This document shows positions 21,398 through 32,000 of a DNA stretch of 38,533 bases, one piece after another; positions within the stretch are counted from its first letter, which is position 1, and every line of letters begins with the position of its first letter. Under the pieces are notes generated by a model. The model did no database searches and was not told the DNA's origin. It saw only the letters and a program-made list of their open reading frames with translations. This DNA comes from a virus, in IMG/VR virus record IMGVR_UViG_3300045988_052225, positions 1 through 38,533 of that record. The stretch is one strand, 5' to 3'. The position numbers and the translations under genes are program-made.

Positions 21398-22330
21398 ATG
21401 GCTCAACAAAAATTTAATCCAGACACAGTCCTATTGTCTGATTCTCTTGGAAAAGAGGTCACATCAGAACAAATCACTGATCTATTCACTGACGAACTCG
21501 TTAAAACTTCAAAAGTCATCCAACTTGGTCAAAAAGTTGAAATGGACGGCAAAATGGTCCGTAAAGGTGTTGAAGTTGGTCAATTGACAGACGCTTATTT
21601 TGTGGGTGAAGGTCAAAAAATTGGTACTGCAAAAGTACAAACTAAATCTTACGTTCTTGAATCTCGTAAGTTGGCGGTTATCTTGCCAGTTACAGAAGAA
21701 GTCCTCAACTACACTTGGACTGACTTCTTCGAATCAATCAAGGATAAGATTGTTGACTTGTTTAACAAAAAAATCGACGGGGCAGCATTCCTCGGTTTGT
21801 ATAACAACCCATTCGGTGCCAACGTTTTGGCGTCTGCTAAACGTGCTCAAAACATCGTATCTGGGGACATCAACCTCAATAACATCTACGATGTTGAGGA
21901 TAAATCAGAAAAAGAACCTAACGCATTCGTAGGTCACCGCACTATCAACCGCACACTTCGTGGGATTGTCGACAATGTTAACGGTGGTCAACACATCTTC
22001 ACTAAACCAGCTAACCCTAATGCAATCGGTGAGCTTGATGGCCTTCCATATTCTCAACTTCAATTGCAAGATGGGCAAACTTACCCAGCAGGTACATTGA
22101 TTACTGGTAACTTCAACGGCTTGGTTTACGGTATTCCAAACGGTACTAACTTGCGTCTTAAAATCGCAGACCAAGCTACTTTGTCTAAAGTTCAAAACAA
22201 TGGCGACCTTGATTCTGGTGACGTTCACTTGTTTGAACAAGACATGCAAGCACTTCGTGCAATCTTTGAAATTGCCGTAGCGATTCCAAACGACGAAGCA
22301 TTTGCAGCGATCCAACCAGTAGGAGTCTAG
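21398..22330 (+). CDS. Major capsid protein
   Basis: 310 aa. AAGGAGAG RBS. Position after the scaffold gene, with biased highly-expressed-type codon usage. Confidence 0.85.
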   Translation: MAQQKFNPDTVLLSDSLGKEVTSEQITDLFTDELVKTSKVIQLGQKVEMDGKMVRKGVEVGQLTDAYFVGEGQKIGTAKVQTKSYVLESRKLAVILPVTEEVLNYTWTDFFESIKDKIVDLFNKKIDGAAFLGLYNNPFGANVLASAKRAQNIVSGDINLNNIYDVEDKSEKEPNAFVGHRTINRTLRGIVDNVNGGQHIFTKPANPNAIGELDGLPYSQLQLQDGQTYPAGTLITGNFNGLVYGIPNGTNLRLKIADQATLSKVQNNGDLDSGDVHLFEQDMQALRAIFEIAVAIPNDEAFAAIQPVGV

Positions 22331-22343
22331 TCAGGAGGTTTAA

Positions 22344-22616
22344 ATGACCTATAAAGCTAAGATTACATTCCGTGACTTGCAAGATAACGAGTATATCTAT
22401 CAAGCCGGGGAAGTTTACCCACGAGAAGGCTATGAGCCATCTAAAGAGCGTGTGGCAGAAGTTCTTGAAAAAGGCGGTATCGAACAAGTCGAGCCGTCAA
22501 AAGAGCTTGCAGTCAAAGAGCTCAAAGCAAAACTTGATGAAGCTGGTATCGAGTATGATGCCAAAGCAAAAAAAGCAGATTTAGAAGAACTTCTAAAGGC
22601 TGCGGAGGGGGTCTAA
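22344..22616 (+). CDS. Small head-associated protein with a C-terminal HeH/SAP-like motif
   Basis: 90 aa. LKAKLDEAGIEYDAKAKKADLEELL resembles a HeH (Rho-N-like) helix-extension-helix. Confidence 0.45.
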   Translation: MTYKAKITFRDLQDNEYIYQAGEVYPREGYEPSKERVAEVLEKGGIEQVEPSKELAVKELKAKLDEAGIEYDAKAKKADLEELLKAAEGV

Positions 22617-22617
22617 A

Positions 22618-22965
22618 ATGAACGATATCCAACTTGAGAAGATTAAGCGTCGGTTGGGTATCGACGTTGAAGACGATCTTGAGGATGAATTGATTGAAGA
22701 CTTAGTCAACGACGCCGAGAGTTATTTCAAAGCGTTAGTCGGAACAACCGAGATTGACAAGAAATATCATTTCATTATCGAAAATGTTGTTTACAAGCTC
22801 TATGGTCGTAAGGGGTCAGAGGGTGTCAAAACCGAAAACGTAGACGGCTATTCAGTCACCTACGAGGATTGGGACGACATGTTCAAGCCTTACAGAAAGA
22901 TTCTGGATAAAGATTTTGGCCTAGATGGCTCGTTAGCTCGAAAAGGTAAGGTGAAGTTTCTATGA
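22618..22965 (+). CDS. Head-tail connector (gp6-like adaptor)
   Basis: 115 aa. Size and position in the connector gene string. Confidence 0.6.
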   Translation: MNDIQLEKIKRRLGIDVEDDLEDELIEDLVNDAESYFKALVGTTEIDKKYHFIIENVVYKLYGRKGSEGVKTENVDGYSVTYEDWDDMFKPYRKILDKDFGLDGSLARKGKVKFL

Positions 22966-23270
22966 AAACACCACACCGCATTAAGCTAGTGAAGCAAGGT
23001 GTTTCGACTTACAACCCAATCACTGATAAGCACGAAGAAAAGGCACAGTCTAGCAAGATTGTGCCTTGTTTAGTCAATTTTATTGACCAACAGCGTGCAT
23101 TTGAAGCCTACGGGAGTAGGTCGGACGTGATCATGATATGCCGATTCAATCAAGAGCAGAAGCCGTTTGACTACGCTCTATACGAGGGTAAGAAATATTA
23201 TCCTATCGAACGCATTGACGCACCGATTAAAGGGGCAATCCGATTGAAGCGAGGTGAGCTAAATGGCTAA
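22962..23270 (+). CDS. Head closure protein
   Basis: 102 aa. Overlapping start/stop. Assigned by position. Confidence 0.55.
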   Translation: MKTPHRIKLVKQGVSTYNPITDKHEEKAQSSKIVPCLVNFIDQQRAFEAYGSRSDVIMICRFNQEQKPFDYALYEGKKYYPIERIDAPIKGAIRLKRGELNG

Positions 23271-23616
23271 TTTCACAATCGAGTGGAGAGGGGACACAGT
23301 CCTCGCTGCTGCTTTGAACAAAGCAAGTCAAGGAGTTAGAACACAAGCTCAAAACGCTCTCAAAAACTCAGCCGAGAAGGGCAAGAGCATTTCAAAAGGT
23401 CTTGCGCCAGTCGACACTGGTTTCTTAAGAGCTAATATAACCACTAGGCACATGGGCGAAGAATCGCACATCCATTCAGCAGCTTCTTATAGTGGATTCC
23501 AAGAATTCGGAACACGCTATCAGCCTGGAAAACCGTTTATGCGTCCTATGATGCACCAAATCGAGCCTTATTTCACTGAACAAATCCGTAAAGTTATGGA
23601 AGGATCCTTTAAATGA
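23263..23616 (+). CDS. HK97 gp10-like tail/neck component
   Basis: 117 aa. GFLRANI...FQEFGT...PFMRP pattern, plus position. Confidence 0.55.
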   Translation: MANFTIEWRGDTVLAAALNKASQGVRTQAQNALKNSAEKGKSISKGLAPVDTGFLRANITTRHMGEESHIHSAASYSGFQEFGTRYQPGKPFMRPMMHQIEPYFTEQIRKVMEGSFK

Positions 23617-23993
23617 CACCTAGCCACGACTTATTCAGAAATCTATTTGCTATTGCTAACGAAACATTGGCAACTTATGACTATTTACCCGATTCATCCG
23701 CCAGCTATCCATTTGCGTTTATTGGTGAGAACAGTTCAACACCCGCGCTCAATAACGAAAACTTTGGAACGATAAGACAAACCGTCCATATCTACGGGAC
23801 TAGAGTGCAGCGTGCAGAGCTAGACACCCACTGTCAAACGTTGGAACGAGCTAGCGAACGAATTAAAGGGTTTGAATACAACTTATTAAAAACTGGTACA
23901 GACAAACAAGTTTTACCAGATAATACAGACGTCCAGCCATTGATACACATTGTGCTGGATTTTTCATTTACATATACCAAAAAGGAGGAATAA
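23613..23993 (+). CDS. Tail completion / tail terminator-like protein
   Basis: 126 aa, immediately upstream of the major tail gene. Confidence 0.5.
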   Translation: MTPSHDLFRNLFAIANETLATYDYLPDSSASYPFAFIGENSSTPALNNENFGTIRQTVHIYGTRVQRAELDTHCQTLERASERIKGFEYNLLKTGTDKQVLPDNTDVQPLIHIVLDFSFTYTKKEE

Positions 23994-24536
23994 ATGGCAG
24001 AACTTATTTTGGGTAAAGACCTAATGGTCTTCTTCCGCCGTGTCAAAGACCAGAAGACACAAGACGCTGCTAAAGTACGTTTCCAAACAGAACACACTAT
24101 CAATGCTGAAAAAGAGGTGGAAACTACCAAAACCAAAGACGGTGTAGTTAACTCTATTTCAGACGGTGAAGTGTCTGGGGAATTCGTATCACTTGCTTAT
24201 CGTGAAGATGGAACTACCACAGAAATGTGGCGTGAAATGCGTAAATGGTTCATCGCAGGCGACAAGGTAGAGTGCTGGCAAGTTGACCTTGCTTCTAAAC
24301 GCGCTTCTGGTGGCAAAGATATCTATGACGTTGAATATTACCAAGGTTATCTTAAAAACTTTGAAATCGCAGCACCCGCTGACGACAAAGTGGAACTTTC
24401 TTATGAGATGGCTATCGATGGCAACGGTATTATTTCAACCGACAGCTTGACAGAAGCTCAGAAGAAAGCAGTCGCAAGCGCTCAATACGACTACCACACT
24501 CTTGCTAAAGAAGACGGCCTAGTTTCATCTATCTAG
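23994..24536 (+). CDS. Major tail protein
   Basis: 180 aa. Strong AGGAGG RBS. Followed by a terminator and the chaperone pair. Confidence 0.75.
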   Translation: MAELILGKDLMVFFRRVKDQKTQDAAKVRFQTEHTINAEKEVETTKTKDGVVNSISDGEVSGEFVSLAYREDGTTTEMWREMRKWFIAGDKVECWQVDLASKRASGGKDIYDVEYYQGYLKNFEIAAPADDKVELSYEMAIDGNGIISTDSLTEAQKKAVASAQYDYHTLAKEDGLVSSI

Positions 24537-24542
24537 TCTATT

Positions 24543-24569
24543 GCAGGGGCTTTGTGCCCTTGCTTTTTT
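24543..24569 (+). terminator. Rho-independent terminator/attenuator after the major tail gene
   Basis: gcaggggc (24543-24550) / gcccttgc (24556-24563) including one G-U, loop tttgt, then T6 (24564-24569). Confidence 0.75.
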
Positions 24570-24590
24570 GTATAAAAGGAGAAATAAAAC

Positions 24591-24932
24591 ATGATTCTAT
24601 CTATCAACGGACGAGACTTTAATTTGATTTTCGGACTTGCGTTCTTGCGTGAGATCAACAAATTGCACTCAGCAGAGCTTGAAGGCATGAAGACTGGCTA
24701 CGGGGCTATGACATTGATTTCAGCCGGTGTGGCTATCAATGACCCGCTAGCATTCGTGGATATCATCAAAGCTGGTACAATCACAGCGCCACAAAAGCCA
24801 AGTGATGCTGACATTGAAGCCTATCTTGCCGATTTGATTGACAAAGGCAAATACAAAGAGACGATTGACTCAATTATCGACGAGTTAAAAGCGTCATCCC
24901 TACTCAAACTCGCAATGAACGTTCAAGAGTAG
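24591..24932 (+). CDS. Tail assembly chaperone (gpG analogue)
   Basis: 113 aa, acidic, directly upstream of the tape measure region. Confidence 0.7.
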   Translation: MILSINGRDFNLIFGLAFLREINKLHSAELEGMKTGYGAMTLISAGVAINDPLAFVDIIKAGTITAPQKPSDADIEAYLADLIDKGKYKETIDSIIDELKASSLLKLAMNVQE

Positions 24933-24973
24933 GGCACAGTCAACCAGATTATGATTTCAGCTATGACGACGCA

Positions 24974-25309
24974 ATGGCTCTCTTGATTGCAAGGCACGGC
25001 ATGAGCTATGTAGAAGCCGCTAGGACAACACTTGTTGAATTTGAGGTGTACAATACCGCCTATGCAATTAAACAAGAGGACATCCGTTTTAACGCAGCAA
25101 TTCAAGCATGGTATAACCAGACCGTCCAAGCTACCAAGGGCAAGGGCAAGAGTGTTCGCTCGGCTTACAGAACCTTTAATGAATTTTACGATCATGAAAA
25201 AGAGTTCAGCAAGATATTTAAGTCAGAGGACACTGCGCCTATAAATCGAATGCTCTCGTTAGCTGATAAGAATAGAATCATCAATCAACAAAAGAAAAGG
25301 GGTAGTTAA
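24974..25309 (+). CDS. Tail assembly chaperone C-terminal part (gpT analogue; possibly made as a G-T fusion by -1 frameshift)
   Basis: 111-aa ORF in the -1 frame relative to the upstream gene. That frame is already open from 24869, which overlaps the last 64 nt of the upstream gene. Confidence 0.6.
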   Translation: MALLIARHGMSYVEAARTTLVEFEVYNTAYAIKQEDIRFNAAIQAWYNQTVQATKGKGKSVRSAYRTFNEFYDHEKEFSKIFKSEDTAPINRMLSLADKNRIINQQKKRGS

Positions 25310-28278
25310 TGGGAGCATCTTTTGACGTTACGGCCATACTTCGTGCCAACTCAAGCGATTTCACTAATGGTGTCAATGCTGCCAAGTCTGCCCTTGCTGA
25401 TTTGAGAAATCAGTCTGGGGGCATGCTTGCTCAAGTTGGTAGCAGTCTAAAGTCAGTCGGTAGCGCCATGCAGTCAGTCGGAGCTGGAATGACCACAGCT
25501 TTCACACTGCCAATGGTCGGCGGTCTGACGGCTGTAATTAAAGGCTATGCAGACCTTGAGCAATCTTTGGGTGGTGTATCAACATTGTTCAAACAGAATG
25601 GTTCAAGCGTCAACACCCTTGCTAGAGACTACGGCATGACCAGACAGCAAGCCCAAGCGCTCTACAATACAATGGACCGTGAGGGGACTAATGTCATCGA
25701 GAATGCCAACCGAGCTTATAGGACGGCTGGTGTGTCTGCTAACCGCTATATGGAGCAGGTCACATCGTTCTCAGCTACTTTGCTACAAGGTCTAGGCGGA
25801 GATACTGCCAAGGCTGCGAAATATGGTGATAAAGCCCTTGTCCAAATGTCAGATAATGCGAACAAATTCGGCACGAACATGACGGACATTCAAAACGCTT
25901 ATCAAGGTTTTGCCAAAGACAACTATTCAATGCTGGATAACTTAAAACTTGGTTACGGTGGTACCATGTCCGAAATGGCTCGTTTGGTCAATGAGTCTGG
26001 TGTCTTGAATGGTGAATTTGAAGCCACAGCTGACAATATCCGTGACATCCCATTCCACACCTTGATTGATGCCATCGGTATTACTCAAGATAGGCTTGGG
26101 GTTACTGGAACGACCGCAAAAGAAGCGAGTACAACAGTTTCAGGGTCGTTTAATTCCATGAAAGCTGCCGCTGAAAACTTAGTGTCTGGCCTTGGTAATA
26201 ACGAAGCTAACATCAAGACGCTCATGGAAAACATGAAGCAGACTATCATCACGTTTAAAGACAATGTGGTGCGTGTTCTAGGTACTATCTGGGACAATCT
26301 GCCAGTAGACGGCTGGGTTAAATGGACAGCCTTAATCATCGGTACTGTAGGGCCGGTAATATTTGCCCTCGGTACACTGATAACGTGGGTCGGTAACGTC
26401 GTTTCTGCACTAAGTACAATTGGGAGTGCCATCAGTTCAGTAGTAGGGTTCTTTTCAAGCGGTTCAACCGCAGCGAGTGGGCTAGGAGCTGCTTTCAGCG
26501 GGTTATCAGTCGGAGCTCTCGCTGCTTTTGCTGCGATTGTTGCTGCAGTCGCTATGGTTGGGGCTGCACTCGTTGATTTGTGGAACAATAACGAGAATTT
26601 CCGTTCGCAAGTTATTGCAATTTGGGAAACTATCAAGAGTGCAATCACTAACGCTGTTCAAGCCATTGTGTCGTTTGTTATGTCAATATGGGGCCAGTTG
26701 ACTTCCTTCTGGAATGAAAACCACGCCTTAATTATGCAGACAGCAACGACTTACTGGAATATGTTTAAGGGCATGATTGAAAACGTCATGAACGCAATTC
26801 TTCCAGTGGTTCAAACTGGATTGAATTTGCTAATTACACTGTTCTCGACAAGCTGGCAAATGATCACGACTGTTATTTCAACAGTCATTGAAGTTATCTT
26901 AAATATCATCAAGATGGGGATGCAGATTCTGCAAGGTGACTGGTCTGGAGCGTGGGAAACGTTCAAAACCATCTTGTCTACTGTTTGGGAAGGCATCAAG
27001 TCGCTTGTTTCAATCGGTATCAATGCTATTGGTCCGATTATCCAAGCAGGAATTCAGTTCATTCTTGCTATCTGGAACGCAGCATGGGCATTGTTAGCTG
27101 TTCCATTCCAAGCGCTATGGGCGTTGCTTCAATCCATCGCTGGCGGGGCTATGTCTGCCATTAGTGGCGTTATTAGCGCTGGTATTGCTGTGATTCAGTC
27201 TATTTGGTCAGCGGCGTGGACAGTTATCCAGACTGTTTTCTCAACGGTTTGGAATACAATCATGTCCATTCTGTCACCTATCATGGCAGGTATCTCAAGC
27301 ATTATTTCAAGCACACTTTCAGCTATCAGCGCAATTTGGAACGCTATCTGGACTGGAATTCAAGCTGTTTTAGCTGGTGTATTGGCTGCTATTGTCGGAT
27401 TGGTGACTGGTAACTTCTCACAAGTTCAAGCGGCTATTTCGTCAATTATGTCAGCTATTCAAGCCACTATCAGTGCGATTTGGAACGCCATTTTGTCACT
27501 TATTAGTAGCGTACTAAGTGCGATTGCTAGCACTGTATCAAGTACATGGGCATCTATCCAGTCAATCGTTTCAAGTGCTATGAGTTCCGTTCAGAGCATT
27601 ATCAGCTCAGCTTGGAGTGCTGTTAGATCAGCAGTATCAAGTGCCATGAGCTCTATTCAGTCAGCTATCACTAGCGGATTTAGTGCCGTGGTATCAGCGG
27701 TAACAAGTGCCGGTCAGCGTATCATTTCAGCGGTCCGTTCAGCGTTCAGCGGTGCACTTAGTGCAGCCCGTGGATTCGTCGGTCAAGCTGCAAGCGTCGG
27801 TTCTCAATTGATTAGCGGTTTCGTTAGCGGGGTTACATCCGCAGCCGGCAAGCTGATTTCAGCAGTTAAAGGCGCGGTAAGTAATGCGATTAATGGAGCT
27901 AAAGCCTTGCTTGGTATCAAATCACCATCCCGTGTATTCCGTCAATTCGGTATCTACACGGATAAAGGTTTCATCATCGGTATTGATAGCAAAGCGGACC
28001 AAGTAGCCCGTTCAATGCGCTATATGGCCCAAGGAGCTATCGACGCATTCACTGGTCAAGATATCAACGGAGCCATCACTGATGAACTTGGTAGCATGGA
28101 CGATCAGTTAGGTCGTTTAGCAGGGTATGATCCATCTGTTTCATTCAACGGTGGCAAGATGTCAGTCACCCAACAAGCAGCGGATATCGTTCTAAAAATG
28201 GGTGATACAACTTACAGAGCATTTACTAATGACATCACTAACGCTCAATCAATGGAATTAATGCTTGATAACTATTAG
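25309..28278 (+). CDS. Tape measure protein
   Basis: 989 aa. Long hydrophobic, Ser/Ala/Ile-rich helical repeats with periodic W (SAIWNAIW, SIWSAAW and similar). Assigned by position. Confidence 0.92.
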   Translation: MGASFDVTAILRANSSDFTNGVNAAKSALADLRNQSGGMLAQVGSSLKSVGSAMQSVGAGMTTAFTLPMVGGLTAVIKGYADLEQSLGGVSTLFKQNGSSVNTLARDYGMTRQQAQALYNTMDREGTNVIENANRAYRTAGVSANRYMEQVTSFSATLLQGLGGDTAKAAKYGDKALVQMSDNANKFGTNMTDIQNAYQGFAKDNYSMLDNLKLGYGGTMSEMARLVNESGVLNGEFEATADNIRDIPFHTLIDAIGITQDRLGVTGTTAKEASTTVSGSFNSMKAAAENLVSGLGNNEANIKTLMENMKQTIITFKDNVVRVLGTIWDNLPVDGWVKWTALIIGTVGPVIFALGTLITWVGNVVSALSTIGSAISSVVGFFSSGSTAASGLGAAFSGLSVGALAAFAAIVAAVAMVGAALVDLWNNNENFRSQVIAIWETIKSAITNAVQAIVSFVMSIWGQLTSFWNENHALIMQTATTYWNMFKGMIENVMNAILPVVQTGLNLLITLFSTSWQMITTVISTVIEVILNIIKMGMQILQGDWSGAWETFKTILSTVWEGIKSLVSIGINAIGPIIQAGIQFILAIWNAAWALLAVPFQALWALLQSIAGGAMSAISGVISAGIAVIQSIWSAAWTVIQTVFSTVWNTIMSILSPIMAGISSIISSTLSAISAIWNAIWTGIQAVLAGVLAAIVGLVTGNFSQVQAAISSIMSAIQATISAIWNAILSLISSVLSAIASTVSSTWASIQSIVSSAMSSVQSIISSAWSAVRSAVSSAMSSIQSAITSGFSAVVSAVTSAGQRIISAVRSAFSGALSAARGFVGQAASVGSQLISGFVSGVTSAAGKLISAVKGAVSNAINGAKALLGIKSPSRVFRQFGIYTDKGFIIGIDSKADQVARSMRYMAQGAIDAFTGQDINGAITDELGSMDDQLGRLAGYDPSVSFNGGKMSVTQQAADIVLKMGDTTYRAFTNDITNAQSMELMLDNY

Positions 28279-28299
28279 AGAGAAAAGAGGTTTTAGCTA

Positions 28300-29091
28300 A
28301 TGTATGATTATGCTTCATTGAAGCGCACGGAATCAACGGTGCTGCAAAGAGCGCCGGTTGATAACATGCGTATCAACGGGACACCTATAGAAGATATCAT
28401 CCAAGGGTATCGACAACTTACGGTCAAAGGTCGTTCATTGCTCAATCGTGAAATTTCAACTACTCGTGTTCCTGGACGCCGTGGTGTCTGGGTGGACAGC
28501 GTCAATGACTCAGAGCGTGAGATTGAAGTTAAGTATCAGTTAACGACAGTCACCAGCCAAGTCATGAGGACCTCTTTCCGAGAGCTTAACCGCATCTTGA
28601 GAGAAGTAGGGCCTAGCGGCTATCTCGAAGTAACCTTTGATGATGAGCCGGATTTCACTTACTACGCAATATTCAAGGAAGCGGACGAAGTCGAGGAAGA
28701 TAGGCTTTCAGTCATTAGCAGTTTCGTTTTGCTAGTGCCAGACGGCTATAAAAAACGGGTTCCAGAGCGTTCTAACGGTGTTGTTTATCTAACTTACGCT
28801 AAGCAGGTAATACCCGAGAAGATTGTAGCCGTGACATCGGCAGCGTCAACAGAATTTGAAATCATCAACGGCCAAACCAAGTTATCGTTTAAGGGTAGCT
28901 ATGCAGCTAATAAGGAAATCGTCATTAAATTTGGCACCGAAGAAGTGACTGCTACTTATGATGGTCGTAATATCCTAAGTGAATTACAGCGATTTAGCCC
29001 ACTTGAGCAGTTTTTTGTCAAAGACGGGGACCGATTGAGCGGAAAAAACGTGGTGATTCGTGAAGTTCAGTGGAGGGATGAAAGTATATGA
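28300..29091 (+). CDS. Distal tail protein (Dit)
   Basis: 263 aa, immediately after the tape measure gene and overlapping the Tal gene. Confidence 0.75.
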   Translation: MYDYASLKRTESTVLQRAPVDNMRINGTPIEDIIQGYRQLTVKGRSLLNREISTTRVPGRRGVWVDSVNDSEREIEVKYQLTTVTSQVMRTSFRELNRILREVGPSGYLEVTFDDEPDFTYYAIFKEADEVEEDRLSVISSFVLLVPDGYKKRVPERSNGVVYLTYAKQVIPEKIVAVTSAASTEFEIINGQTKLSFKGSYAANKEIVIKFGTEEVTATYDGRNILSELQRFSPLEQFFVKDGDRLSGKNVVIREVQWRDESI

Positions 29092-32000
29092 TCTATTTAT
29101 TCGATAAGGACGAAAAACTTATCAAGATTATTCGCAAGCCTGCAATTAAGACGGCATTGCAAAAATTCAGTCTTACCACTGAAAACTACATTTCAGACCG
29201 CTTGACCGTTGAAATGAAAGCCTTGAAGGATGATGAACTGGCAAAACTGGAATACATGGCTATTCAGTCAATCGACGATACGCATAAATTCCATTACTTC
29301 TACATTGCCCAAGGCAATACCAAAGGGGATATCACAACGCTTGTCGGTGTTCAATCCGGTATTGAGGAGCTACGCAAGACAGTTGTTTACGACAAACGCC
29401 CAACAGACCAACGTGCTAGACCAGTCATCGAATGGCTTTTAACTGGCACAAACTGGTCCCCTCGCTTCGTTGCTGAAACAAACCCAAAGAGCACTAATTT
29501 CTATTACATTTCCACATTTGATGCACTGAAAAAAGTGTGCAAAGTGTGGGGCTTAGAAATGCAGTTCTTTGTTGAAATGAACGGCGCTCAGATTGGCGCT
29601 AGATACATTGATTTCAAGCGCAAAATAGGTGAAGCAGTCGGTAAGCGTGTAGTTTATGGGCATAACGCCCTTGAAATTCTGCAAGAGGTTGAGAAGACAA
29701 ACCTATACACTGCCTTAGTTGGTCGTGGAAAAGGTGAACAAGTCAGCTCAGCGGAAGATACTGGAAAAGACGCTGACGGGTATGGCCGAAAAATCAACTT
29801 CGAAGAAATTGTCTGGTCGAAAGCCAAAGGGGACCCACTAGACAAGCCCCTTGGTCAGAAATACCTTGAAATTCCAGAAATGACCGCTAAATACGGCATT
29901 AAGCAACCAGACGGCAAGATGCGCCCCAAGATTGGCTTTGTCGAATTTAGCGAGGAAGAAGATAAGAACGAGCTTATCAAACAGACTTACGAGGCCTTGA
30001 TTGAGTCTTCGAGACCCAAACTGACACTTAAAACGTCAACGGTGTATCTCAAGGGTGTTCAAATCGGCGACACTATCCGAGTAGTCCGACACGACAGACA
30101 CCTTGATTATGATACACGTATCTTTGAAATCACTTTTAACCGTTTAAACAATGAATCTAGCGACATTAAACTAGGGGACCGAGTTAGCGAAAGCAACGAT
30201 GCGAAGGTGCAGAGTACCGTCAACAAAGCACTCGACGAGTTTAAAGCTGGCGAGTTTACTGAGTTTGTCAAAAAGTTGCCAGAGTTTATCCCGTCAGCTA
30301 ATGGTTTTAACCATAACTGGTACACAAGCACTGATCCAACAGAGTCACATCCAGGGCAAGTCTTAATCAATGATTCTTGGTACAAGCCGGACCCAGAACA
30401 CGAAGGACACACTATCATGTATCGCTGGACCGGTGAAATGTGGCAAGAGGTATTGAGAACGTGGGACGGCACGGGGCTGCAAGACAAAATAAAAAAAGAA
30501 TTTGAAAAAGTCGCAGCTAACATGGCTAAGCAGCAATCGGAACACGACAGAGTGGTTGCTGAAATCACAGCCAAGGCTACTAATGCAGAAACGTTAGCTA
30601 GTTCAGCCAAATCGACTGCAGAGGACGCTTTTAGCCGTCTAAATGACGTCAAGAGCGAAGCTATCGCAGAAGCTCGTTACTTGGACACAGTCGAGCGTGC
30701 AGAGACAGAGAAGAAGATTGCTGTATCTAAAAAAGACGCACTATCAGAAGCTGTCAAACTGGTCGATAATGCTAAAAGTACGCTAAACACGGACTTATCA
30801 GAGACTGAAAAGAGAGTTGAAGCTCTAAAAGGTTCTATTGGTACATTGTCAAATGACACGTCAGTACAGTTTGCCAAGATCAATAACGCCCTCATTTCAG
30901 TAGCTAGCAAGCAAGACGTTGACAAAGTCAGTCAGCGCGTGTCTAATGCTGAGACGGTTTTGACACAGCAAGCAGGGCAGATTTCAGCCAAAGCTAGCAA
31001 AGAGGAAGTCAATGCTGTTTCTGGGCGTCTAAACAAGGCTGAGAGCTCGTTGACAGTGCAGGCTGGGCAAATCAGCCAGAAAGCCAATAAGCAGGACGTA
31101 GACACGCTGACAGGGCGTGTGAATCGTGCTGAAACGTCTATCACTCAACAAGCGGACATGATTGCATCCAAAGCCAATAAGCAAGAACTTGACAATGTCA
31201 ATAATCGAGTGCTAAACGCAGAAAGTCGTATCACTCAGCAAGCTAACGAGATTAGCCAACGAGTGAAGACAAGCGATTTTAATAATGCTACTCAGAGACT
31301 TGCGACGACTGAGAGCTCAATCACTCAACTAGGAAATAAGATCACTACTGAGATTAGCCGTGTGGATAGTAAGATCCCGACAGACTTTGGCAGTCGTAAC
31401 TTGATTTTGAAATCAGCAGATTTCGAGAATCTACACCGTCAACCCGGAGGAAGCGGAAATACTACTACTACTACTACGGACGGGCAAGCTTTCCTAATCA
31501 AGTCTCATAGCTATTCGAGCGACGTTTACGGTGGTATCTCATGGAACATGGCTATTCCAGAGATTAAAGCCGGTGAAACATTCTCGCTCTTGGTTCCGGT
31601 TTACATCGACAGTGGGGTAGACATTGACCGTGGCGCTATGATTATCATTAAAAATCATAAAAACAATGACAATCTGTTTGCGTTCAATATCCCGACAGAC
31701 GTCAAGAATGAGTGGTTTGACATTAAGTTGATTTTCACTTCTGGTAAAGATATCGTTCTCGGTGAGTGGCCATTCTTTATCACCGTCGTTAGAAACGGCT
31801 ATCTAAGGGTCAAACCACCTATGCTAGTCAGAGGAACACTCATCCCTTTGCAGCATACAGTGGCACCAGAGGACACCGAAGCTGAAATAAGCACGGTTAA
31901 AACAACGATTACACAGACCGAGCAGGGAGTTAGCCAGCTATCTCAGAAGCAATCTGAAACAGATAGCCGCATGACTAACGCAGAAACCAAGGTCAATCAA

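Noticed and set aside
26085-26648. 187-aa minus-strand ORF inside the tape measure gene
   Set aside because: It is antisense to a well-supported 989-aa gene in an Ala/Ser/Gly-rich region, where open antisense frames arise by chance. There is no start context.
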